DNA of 59,175 bases, filler included, from Sphacelaria rigidula (taxonomy: Eukaryota), in the NCBI GenBank assembly GCA_964200075.2. It is 8 parts of 8 records of this genome, joined end to end, with 100 filler letters (N's around TTAATTAATTAA, not from the genome) between each part and the next. Parts side by side here need not be neighbours in the genome. Positions count along the whole stretch, not along the records: positions 7,412 to 14,721 come from CAXNAA020015504.1; positions 14,822 to 22,130 come from CAXNAA020015505.1; 6 more parts are not named here. The stretch is one strand, 5' to 3'. Shown here in pieces: positions 10,545 to 21,435 of this stretch. A program made the translations under genes and the position numbers. A model generated the notes under the pieces. It saw nothing but the letters and a program-made list of their open reading frames with translations, searched no databases and was not told where the DNA came from. The first letter of the stretch is position 1; every line of letters starts with the position of its first letter.

Positions 10545-12620
10545 AGTCACCGTCACATTCCTTATAAAAAAAGGGATGAAATTCATATTTACGTCGGATA
10601 TGGAAAAAAAAGTGAGTCAACTGCTCGACACCAATCTTTTTATCCAGACTGGTCTGCCGCTGAAAATAGCTCACGTCCGTTCCGACCTAGCACGGATTCT
10701 TCCAAACTTGGGTTTTGCTGCACGTCGGAACAGGAACAAACAGATGCTAAACTCGTTCCCATTTTATAATAGAGTCGAACCATCTACCCAAACGAATAGA
10801 ACTGATTGGTCATGAAGCAAGAGGCCGACGCGATTGTTTGGGGTGTGCGAAGCCTCCGTCAGTGCTTGTGTGACATTCCGTTTCTGATTTATACAGAAAA
10901 AATCCAATTGGCTATAGTTACTACCACTTGGAGGTAAAACTGGGTGTGCAGCTACAGAACTAAAACACTGGGGTTGGTGATTGCTCGCTTGGGAGCCATG
11001 CAATGATGCACGGGATTCTGCTGCCATGGACCACATCATGACAATCTGATCGAGCCCAACGCACCTGCACCACAAACCTGAACCGGTGCCGGTCGACATT
11101 GATCGAGCTCTGTGATGTGTGGCTACTGGCCGAGCGAAAGAAAAGGGTGGGGCACTTCCGCGACGTTATGCCGACAATCGTTGGTTTCCTAATGTGGGCC
11201 TGTGGCAGACAATAGGAAATGAACGGGAAGTGTAATCAGCTGGGCAGATGGCGACGGCCCACTTTCGAGGCTGCCGTACCTTTTGTCACGACTTAGTCTG
11301 ATGTCGTTCTGTTCGACCACTCTCTTTTCTTCTCTTTCTGTTCCTTTTATTTCTGTTTCTGTTCCTTTTTTTTTTCTTCCTTAGAGCGTTTTTGATTTTC
11401 GTTTTTCTTGGGTACGTCGATGATGAGATCACGGCTGGACCCCGGGGGGGTCAGTTAAAGTGCAACAATCAATAAAAAAATCAATCAACCGTACACTCTT
11501 GATCACCCCACTGTATGCTTATTTGGGAACGCGGGGTTTGGTACATTTTCGAAACATCGTAGCGGGTGTAGCATCAGTGGAGGGACAGAAATCAACCTGG
11601 CTGGAGCTTAGCCGTTGTGCGGGGTTCAATCGCGAGGGAACGTTTGTCGTCTCATGATTGGCCCTGTGCATGCGATGAAGGGCGCCAGAATGGGATATGG
11701 GCAGGCCTGGACCGAAAGCACTAGCGTCCGAGCCTGCAAATACGACTTATTGCGCAAGGAGTTGAGATTGCTGTGATCATTACCGTAGTTACAATATCGA
11801 ATCAGGGGGCGCTTGTCTGAACCGCGCATATCGCGATGTTCTGGGCGACGGTATGCACGCATACGAGCTTGCCAGGGATGCCAACATTGTGAGAATTCGG
11901 TTTTAAGAAAATGGTTTAAGCACACCGAACGCGTTTGTGAAAGGGTTCTCACCAGTGCGCATCACATATATGGGCAGCAATCGGTCGCGGAACACCCAAT
12001 ATGTTTATGAAACCAAATGCCACAACAATGACATGTATCCTTACAGGGGAGGATCAAGCCAGTCCGAATGAGGGGGTGGACGTAACGGGCCCACATCAGT
12101 GTTTTTCGAAATGTTTCGTGGACGTACTGAATTGATGTGCTTACCGCGAACATTCTGGTGCAAAACGCCACGTAGGGAATCGACTGGTGAACACGTCGGG
12201 GGTTGAGTACCTTCGCTGAAAACATTACCTGACTTACCCCATATATGATTGATTTTAGCCAGCGAGACGGACAGTGGAATGCATCCGTACTGCTGAAAAT
12301 GGAACAAAAAAGGGCAACAAAGTGAGAAAACGTCATGAGAGACCCGTTGTTCCCGTAGAAGTCTGAATGTCAGGGGCTGGCTGCAGACGACGGCTTTTAT
12401 TCGCCATGTAGCTTCGTGCACACCGCATAGTTACCTGGCCTATGTTGCCTAATTTATCAGATGTTCGGACGAGGTAAGTGTAGAAAATGAGTACAGACTC
12501 GAAGGAACGTCAGAAAGGAAAAAAAGAAGTTTAGGTTGCATGACACAATCGAAAAAGCGCCTGGCATAAAGTGACTGTTTTCGTGCGCTACTGTACAGAG
12601 ATATCGAAGTTTAAATCATG

Positions 12621-13574
12621 CACACCCTGCACAATACAATATGTGATACATTGCCCGCTCAATATGTCGACGCGGGTGGTCAATATATTTCGGGCGATTG
12701 ATATGATGGCACGAGAGAGGGTCAATATATATATATTGCGTCATCAATATGTCAAGTCTCGCGACATGCAATATATATCGACCGAACAATATATCACGGC
12801 ACGCGCCACCTCAACATACATTGGCCAAGGAGTATGTTGGTGCGGTAAGGCACTAATATATATTTGTCGAGTCATATATTGGCTGCCACACGAGATCAAT
12901 ATATATTGATTATTCAATATAATCAACACCCGAAGCACCAATATATGTTGCCGCCCCATGCGTCCATGCGTCCAATATACATTGGGTGGACAATATACGA
13001 GGGAACGCACTGTCACAATACATATTGGTGTAACAATATATATATATTGATTCTCAACACGTAGGTTGGAAAGTATATTGAAATTAGTGTGGTGGACAGT
13101 TCTATGTTCGCGGGCACCATTGAAATATGTATCACCACATGCCGAAAACGCTCAACATATTCCTCCGCGAGCGTGTTCAATATATATTGGTGTAGCGATA
13201 GCTATGCAATGAGCGTGCGCAATATATATTGGAAAAACAATACGTTTGCATGGTTTGCGCCCAATGTATTTTATGGCAGCAATATGTTCCGCATCGCTTC
13301 GACTCAATATATATTGAAAATTCAATACATACACGGCTGGCATGCACAATATATATTGAATGCTTTGTTCCCGAAGCAAATGCGTTTCCAATATATATAT
13401 ATATATATTGGTATGCATTATCTCACGATCATGACACGAGAAATATATGTTATTGCTTTAATATTTCCGAGGACGTCTCAACACAATATATTATATTGAA
13501 AGGACAACATTTGCGTTGTCTCCAATACGAAGTATCGGTATCATATTGGAACATATTGTATTGTCCAGGGTATA
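12621..13574. mobile_element. TIR-bounded element with an internal ~42-bp-period array of CAATATATATTG palindromes
   Basis: TIRs CACACCCTGCACAATACAATATGT (12621) / ACATATTGTATTGTCCAGGGTATA (13551-13574), the same TIR type as 56601-56738. Motif starts at 12681, 12723, 12769, 12812, 12854, 12897, 12939, 12973, 13016 and 13178, 13220, 13262, 13305, 13347, 13389. No TSD preserved. Confidence 0.75.
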
Positions 13575-14821
13575 ACCAACACAGAACCGGTGACCACAGG
13601 GGCACCAAAAGACGCATATCGACCCGCTTTTCCTGTCGTCGGGATGTTTACAGAAGATATATTATATGCTGTGAAGGGGATGGGCGGCCTCATACGGTGG
13701 CCAGATGGGTATAAGAAGGCATATACATATATACCAGGTCGCCTCTTCTGCCACCATATTTTCTAACCAGTATATGTATACATATATATATATCAACGAA
13801 TTCGACAACTCTTCGTTGCAGTGCACGCGAACTTCTGCCACTTCCTTCAAAGCGTTTCCCAATGTGCACGGGCTCCGGCATCCACCGCGTCTGGATCTTT
13901 CTTAAGTGTACACAATGCGTTTCATTTCCGATATATATCGACTGGCCAATACATTGGCACCCACGTAGACTCAATATATACTGACTGGTCAAAAGGTTTT
14001 TACCAGTACGACCCTAGGTGAAGAACAATACCTTGGAATTGAGGTGATCCGGCAGGATCACCTCAATTTACAATATTTTCTTTTTCACGTAGGATCCCCT
14101 AATTTTGTTAATCGGAATCCAATTTTTTATCGCGTGTAGTTCTTGTCAACAGCTACCAGCAGATGAAGGAATAGAGCCATATCTCCAAGAATTGGTTGTT
14201 CGGATGCGAAGATTCTAGCTTGAGGGGATATCATCCTTAATGAAAAGCTCCATGCTCAATTTCGATGATCGGCTGTTCAATTCGGCACCGACCAGACAGA
14301 GTGCTGGTTCAGCCTCCTTTAAGTAATACCCTTGTTCACGAGACTATCATCCTGAACGGTTACGACGTTCAAAAGCAGAATGAGCGGTGGTTCTCGTCTT
14401 GTTCGTGATTTTCCAGCTACACCGGTTCCGCGCGTTGGTTGTGTTTCTAGAAATGTTTGTGAAGACGGACACCCCATGTTGATCTATTGTATCGAAGCTC
14501 AATCGTGAAGAGAGAGGCGTATGCTCGAGATCAGCTGCTTCCCTCAGATAAATAACGATACCAGCGAAGTCTCAATCATATGCCTCCCATAACGTGCACT
14601 CTCCGAAACTCTCGTGTTTATTTTCAAAGGCGTTGCAGGGTTAAGAGCCAATGACGCTTTCTACGATAGCCCCCGCAAAAAAGTGCATGGTTTTAGGAGG
14701 CAAAATCTTCACGTAAATCGANNNNNNNNNNNNNNNNNNNNNNNNNNNNNNNNNNNNNNNNNNNNTTAATTAATTAANNNNNNNNNNNNNNNNNNNNNNN
14801 NNNNNNNNNNNNNNNNNNNNN

Positions 14822-16033
14822 CGAAAATATGTTTTGGATATCGTCAGCATGTACCGTGTTATCATTGCGTACATAACGGTTGTGTGACAAAGGCTGAGCA
14901 GTAGAGATGCGCGAAGGTGTATGGTCGGAGTTGTTCGAACGCGAGTTAACGCGCGAAGAACTTGATCTGGGCCGCAAGGCATCCTCGTGAGTACGGCCAT
15001 GGTTAGCATTCACCGGGCGCTTTGGAGCGCGAGATGAATTGGAAGTATGGCGTGAACTACCTCCAGCTTTGTGTCCATGAGCGATATTCTTCGGGCGTGT
15101 GGAAGCGCGCGATGAATTCAAGCTTTGCTGGGAGTGGCCGTTAGAACTGCTAGAACGGGAGACATGGTCATGACCAAGTCTCGGTGTGCGGCGCCGGTCA
15201 GAAGCACCTAGGCTCTGTTGCGACGTTGAGGAAGCGCTGAACTCATGTTCGTTGAATTTATCATGACTGACGAACGGAGGACGCGATGTCGCCGAACGGG
15301 TCGCTAGACGTACGGGTTTGGGCGTGGCAGGTGTAGAATCATCATTGAATTGCACATGAGCAGACGCCGTCTGGACTTGGAGCGTGGCGTGGCAAAAAAA
15401 CGTAAATGCCTCGATGAGAGCTGGCGCTGGCGATGGCGATGACGCCGAGGAGGTGCGATGCAGAGTTTGCATAGCAGCATGCATGGCTGCAACTGCAGGT
15501 CCGACATTGGACTGCGCAGTAGGGCGCATGGGACTATCAAGAGTCGTGCGAAGGGGGTCCGTAACGGAAGCAGCCCGCGTGACAAAGCCTCTTGCTCCAG
15601 AAGCGATGCGCTTCGTCCGGACAGAATCGTCTCGAGAGTTGTCAGCCGTCAAGCGACGGGGTGCCATCGTTGAAGCAACCGTGGCAGGGCCGAGCTGGAC
15701 ACGTGTGTCCAGGGGCAACGACTCGACTGAGGGCACAATCCTAACTCCGGATTCCACATTGGGATTCGGGGGAGCAGGGGCCAGCGAGGGGTGTGCGACG
15801 GAATCCACCGTTATGGGCTCACTGACATGCGCGTCAGGAACCAATGACTCGGCCGGGTGCACTACCATTTTCTCTGAGTCCAAGTCGGAATGTGAGAGAA
15901 CAGGTCTCGGCGTCAAAGTCTGGTCTTCAAGTGTTGAAGAATGAGCTTCGCTCGAATGTTGGTCTTCAGATCCCGAAGAACAAACAGCGCTCGCATACGT
16001 GCGGAGATGCGTTGAAGGTGGCGTGCCGCTCAT
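14822..16033 (-). CDS. Long intronless Ser/Pro/Arg-rich ORF, truncated by the scaffold end; probable N-terminal part of a gag-like ORF1 of an LTR retrotransposon
   Basis: About 404 uninterrupted codons from ATG 16033 (MSGTPP...) in otherwise ORF-poor DNA; lies downstream of the putative LTR/PBS at 17886-18149 on the same strand. No catalytic motif seen, so the product is inferred. Confidence 0.5.
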
Positions 16034-17898
16034 CTTGAAAGATTTCGAACCGCCAGTAGTTTGACTCCGGCGGTTGGTTTCCCAATTGAGGGGAAGAGCC
16101 AGCCTTATTTTTGTGCGACATGATGATCGTACGCAGCCTTTGTGCTTAAAAAGGAAGGTGCAGTATGTCTGGTCTGCGGCTCCAATCAAAGGAGCGTGAC
16201 ACGAGGTGATGCTACGTGCAGAAGCCGGAGCTTGTTCCGGAAAATACTGGATATTGAAGCCTAATAGCGCCTGAGGGGACCGTGGGACCTGATTTACTTG
16301 AGTAATTTATTCAAGCGATTTGCGGTTTGTAACAACGATGTCCGGGGTCTGATTAACACAACTTTATTCAAGTTGTGGCGGTAATAGCTAGGACGAGGTT
16401 GTGCGCAGAACAGGCGTATGTCGCCGAAGACAAGCGAAGACCCGAGTGTCTGTAGCAGCGTTGGTACGTAGAAGAACAACTTACACGTGTTCCGGATGTA
16501 GCGTCACGGGCAGACTATAACTGTAAGATCCCAGCACAAGTTGAGGAACGACTGGTGGTGTGCAAATGAAAAGAACTAAAGATATAGATATATTTTCTCA
16601 GATGCGCACGAAAACTGTGCAGCGTAAGGCAGCACAAAAGTTTTTACAAAGCTTGGCTTGTAGACCGCGAACTCGGACTGCGTAGTGCAGAGCGAAGGCT
16701 TGTTATCCAACGAAGTTGAGACAACGTATGTATATGAAACAAAGGTGATGTGATGCACAACAGGGGCAACGCTGGGAGCGGGTGCCGAAAATTTGTAGTG
16801 CACAGGCAAGGGGCACCGATTTCCAGTCTGTCTGTTCAAATGAGCACGTAACGGAGGTTGAAATATTTCAACTAGTATAATTTCAACGAAACCGTCTTGG
16901 AACAATAAAGTTGTTCGTTCGAGAAGTTTTCAAAGGAGAAAAAACTCATAGTACGTTACGCCGTGTATTGTTACTTATCACGGTGATGTACCGCGTTGCC
17001 TAACGGCTGTGCGAAGTACACAAGAGGACAAGAAGAACAAAGTAGCCACAAGCAACGAAGTTGAAGCTACAACAACAACAAGGTCGCTATGAGCAACGAA
17101 GGTAAAGTGCCGGAACAATCCAAAGTTCGTGTACAGACGTCCGTTATCACACTGTGTGAACACGGTCTGTACTTGTTCAGTAATTTCGTGAAGGAAAGAT
17201 ACAACAGTCGCGTAAAGTCGATATTGAATACTAAGAGCAGCAGCGTGCCGGCTTGGCAGGAGCTCAGGTCAGGAACAGCGACTGGCTATGAACACCAGTG
17301 CGCCTTTGTGCATTGGTGTTCTATACAAACCTGTAGTAAAATACTTTTTCTGCAGAAGGAAAGGGGGCCACAAGGCCAAATACACGAGTCAACGATGGCT
17401 TGGTGCGGGGGTCGCGCCGGGCTGTTGAATCAAGAAAATATTCACAAGTCGTGCAGGCGGGACTGATATCGTCGTGCAGGTGATGTCAAATTGACAGCAC
17501 GGCAAGAACAGCAAGCAGTGCGCGTTGACCCCACGTTGACCACACAAGATGTGGCGTCGAGCGCTAGAGCAATTGCAAGTAGCAGGGCACGAATACACTT
17601 TACCGAGGGACACGCGGGGCAGAAGCTTGAGAGCTACTGACTACCTGGCGGTAGATTTGACTACAACTCCGAAGGGAAAAGGGGAAAATGGTGAAAAAGC
17701 TGGAGTACACAGCTGGCAGCCAGGGATACAAATCGGTACAAGAAAGAAACGCAATAGCGAAAGAAAAAGCTCCTTAGTCAAACGCCAATGTAATAAAGAG
17801 CAAGCGGTAGTATAATGCAAGGACACAGCTTGCAACCCAAGGCACAAGCTTGGCAGACAAGTGTACAACTGTCAGGCTGCTACAACTTGTAGATACCG

Positions 17899-18149
17899 TG
17901 TGACCCGCTCAGCATCCTAATATCAGACGAGGTTCACGCGAATAGGTTCTTCACTTCTCTCTTGATTATCTTGATTCTAACTCCAGTACCCACTCAATCA
18001 GTCCAATTCAACCCAATGCGTCTCACCGATAGTTGGGCTTCTTTTGCTGGAGGGCAATAGAGGGGTAGTGGATAGTGGTTGATGAGGGGGGCTTTGATCG
18101 TGTAGCACAATCAGAGACAAAGCCATCCCTGTAATTATACAGGTTCACA
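17899..18149 (-). mobile_element. Putative 5' LTR (251 bp) with adjacent PBS-like site
   Basis: Ends TGTGACC...GGTTCACA (TG..CA inverted termini); on the minus strand it is immediately followed by CGGTATCTACAAG (17898-17886), one substitution from the TGGTATC start of an initiator-Met PBS. Confidence 0.55.
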
Positions 18150-19060
18150 TTCGTATCCGACGAACTCTGAACAGACCTGTAGTCTTGTCTACCGGGATTC
18201 CTTGTCTACCGGGATTCCCAATATTACCGAAAGCCAGACTTCGACAACGGATCTGAAGCGGCATGACCACAGGCTAGTATGCATCTTCATGACACTAACC
18301 CACCCAGCCAATATGCACAAATGTGGTATCATACTGACCGCAATGAATAAACGAGAAGGGTTACATAGCCGGATTTTTATGAAACGCTATAGCGGTGGCG
18401 TTATGGACAAAAGTAAGTCTCGACTAATTAGCGCCTTTCAATTTGTTCCGAAATTGATACACGAATTCCAAGCCCAATTTCCACCGAATCTGCACATGGT
18501 TCAAATCGTAGTAACCGTCATCAGCTTGGGAATCTAACGGAAGAAACAGATTTGAAAACGGTTTCAACGGGATCGAATTTTGCCCAAGACCGCAATGTTT
18601 CGGTGATGTGGAGCTTTGGCGTCGTCTAATTTCCTCTCATGATACGTACGAAAGACCCACGGAGTCTCGAGACGATTTCGCTTTTATCTGTTGGCGAAAA
18701 GCTCAGATCATCCTCAAACTTGGTAGTTCCGTAGGTATTGATGCTCCAAATGAAAAAAAGTTATTCTTGGCAAGATTTCAAAATGTCTCCGTTCTTTACC
18801 GGCTTCTGGGGGTCCCAGCATAAATACCCTGGGAAACCGGTACAGAATGTCCCAACACCAAAATTTTGACATCTTAGGGTTAGGTAGTATCACAAGAAAC
18901 ATGTGTACCAATTTTGGTTGCTCAACTCAAAAAACTGAATCGGCTGGGTCTTTTACCGTAAAAACAACCCCCACAAAGGGCGATTCTTCACTTTAATCGA
19001 GTAATTACAGACCTTTTTATACTTCAGCACATGTTTTGGCATTTCCTCACGCCGTTTAGA

Positions 19061-19282
19061 CCACGAAACTTTGCACACATGTTCTGGAGGGCACTATCTA
19101 AAAATCAAAGAACGGGGTTTTGACTTTTGTTTTGTTGGTGGCTTTTTATCCAAGGTCGCCGTTCACCTAGTTGACCGCGAGCGGGGTCAGATGCCGACTA
19201 TCTCGACACCAACAACAGAAAAAAAAAACGATCTTCTAGTTTTAGATAGTGCGTTCAAAAACATGTGTGCAAATTTTCGTGG
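19061..19282. mobile_element. MITE with ~43-bp TIRs
   Basis: CCACGAAACTTTGCACACATGTTCTGGAGGGCACTATCTAAAA and its imperfect reverse complement ending at 19282; TTA/TAA close to both ends. Confidence 0.65.
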
Positions 19283-19287
19283 GTTAA

Positions 19288-20104
19288 GGCCAGATGTTAT
19301 GGCAACAGATCTTCGGCCCCGGAGCCCAGAATTCGTGTGACGCCCATGTTATGGATTCAGATTTATCGAAATTTTTGGTGAAAAAATCCGTGGCCAAGAT
19401 TCGGGGCCCGAGTCCCACAGATTTTTGGGCAAACTGGCGGGGGTCGGCAAGCAGAGATTTTTGCCCACGGATTTTTGCGTTTTGGCCGGCAGACCGTCAT
19501 AATGGGGTCACGCCGCGTTTTTTTTGGATGTGCCGGCGTGCTGGCTGCGCCTTTTTGAGTGATCCTGTCGACAACAACCAACAACACACGAAGCAACCAC
19601 ATGACGTAGCCGATGCGTCATGGAGCCCGCTTCGCGCGTACGAGACAAAAAACGACACGCCTTGTTCGTCGGTCTCTGGTAAAAGCATTGCAAAGACGTT
19701 GAGAGAGTAGACGTGTGATGCGGACTGTCGCTGTCTGGCGGGTAGTTCTGCGATCCTTCGATGAAGGATTCAACTTTCGCAGCAACGAGGGGGGTATGGT
19801 CGCTTACTCATGTGCTCGAAAGAACCGGCACTGGTGTTGGTGGGATGGTGATGACCTCTCTGCGGCAGTGACGCTACATCACGATAGCACGCCACAACAC
19901 ACGAGACACCTACGGGACTGTGAGCTGTTGAAACACGCCAAACATAAAACTCGAAACCCTGGTGGAGGTATAGAAATTAGAACAGTATGGTATGGAAATC
20001 TGTGTGTTGCCATAATATCGTTCCCGAAACCAAATTGGCTGCGGATTTGATTCACCAGAATTGAACAATCTGTGGGCCAAAGATCTGTTGCCATAACATC
20101 CGGC
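19288..20104. mobile_element. PIF/Harbinger (Tourist)-like MITE with TAA flanks
   Basis: TAA|GGCCAGATGTTATGGCAACAGATCTT ... AAGATCTGTTGCCATAACATCCGGC|TAA (right end one base short); a related TIR GGCCGGATGTTATG starts again at 20108. Confidence 0.65.
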
Positions 20105-20226
20105 TAAGGCCGGATGTTATGACACACAGATTTCTGACCCACGGATTGTTCACTTTTGGGAAGTTTGACCCACCTTTTGACCTCCAAACAACAGGGAAAA
20201 TCGCCAACACACGTCTTGGACACTTC

Positions 20227-20475
20227 GCATCACGCCACAGAGAGGAGCCTAGCCCACTTTTCAGATTCGCTTGGCTCCACGGGTTCGAGATCGGCCGCTG
20301 AACAAAAAATCGTGTGCGAAAATCTATGCTTGCCGACCCCGGCCAGTTTACCGGATAATCTGTGTAGATCGCCGTAGATCTTGTTACACACGGATTTTCG
20401 TTCAGCGGCCGCTCTCGAACCTTGGAGCCACGCGAATCTGAGAAGTGGGCTAGGCTCCTCTCTGTGGGGAGATGC
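20227..20475. mobile_element. Foldback MITE with ~85-bp arms
   Basis: CCACAGAGAGGAGCCTAGCCCACTT.TCAGATTCGC.TGGCTCCA.GG.TTCGAGA.CGGCCGCTGAAC from 20235 is inverted at about 20400-20467. Confidence 0.78.
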
Positions 20476-20477
20476 AA

Positions 20478-21435
20478 CACCCGTGGATAGATAGCACCCT
20501 GTGGGGCGCACTGTGCAGGGTCCGTACAGGGTCCTCCACAGTCTTGGTGAAAAAACCCTGACAGTGAAAATCCAAACCTGTACCCCTCGTAGCGTTTTGA
20601 TAGGGTTTTCCCCAGGGTTGGGTTTACAGCCCTGTGTAGGCTTGTCGGCAAAGCCCTGCACGGTGATGTGGTAGTGTGTTGGTGAAAGACCCTATCGTTT
20701 TTCTTTTTTGAAAATTCCAACTATCTTGGTACAAAATCTGTAAATTTCTATATCTTCAATAGCTTGTCCTCCTGTCCGAGGTAAATTCCTCTTCACCCAA
20801 TTTAAATCGAGCGAAAAGGAATTCATGTGGACAGCAGGACAAGCTATTCAAAACAGATAATTTTTTCGCTCAATTTATTTCGGCAAAAAAAAAGGATTTA
20901 TTTCGAACAGCAGAAGAAGAAGCTGTTCAAGATCGATCCTTTTTTCGTCCATTTTTGAAATGAGCGAAAAAATTATCTGTTTCGAACAGCTTCTTCTGCT
21001 GCGCAAATCCCATGCACATTGGCAGATTCGGAATTTGAACAGCAGAAGAAGCTCGAAATAAATATTTACTTTTCCCTCCAATTCATCCAGAGATTGGGGG
21101 AAAATAGGTTTACTGCGAGCAGCGTCAGCTGCTGGGCAAATCCCGCATACTGCATCGTCACCAGCGCATGGGATCCGACACGCAGAAAAAGTTGCTGAAA
21201 GGTTTTTCATTTTTTGCCCCCCCGTCCATGTGTACATGGGCTGAAGGATGAATAGCTCTCAACAGCTTTCGCTGAATAGAGATCCCACACGTTGAATACG
21301 TGTGTATGTCCACACTTGTGCTTCGTCTGAAACCCCTGCGAAGGCGTGGGAAGATGCTGGACGGTCGGGTATAGCTCGTCGATCTATGCACATTTTTCAC
21401 AAAACCCCGTATTCCATCGTCTACCAACACGAACC
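20478..21435 (-). mobile_element. Uninterrupted copy of the ~1-kb dispersed repeat at 7985-10095
   Basis: Colinear homology; contains the pre-insertion site GTGTGGGATCTC-TA-TTCAGCGAAAGCTG on the minus strand. Confidence 0.78.

Noticed and set aside
12681-13410. True CRISPR call for the CAATATATATTG array
   Set aside because: The repeat is only 12 bp and degenerate, lies between transposon TIRs, and has no cas gene or leader; kept as an unexplained array instead.
14120-14721. Decayed coding sequence
   Set aside because: Stops in the frame I translated, no ORF in the provided track, and no motif I can identify.
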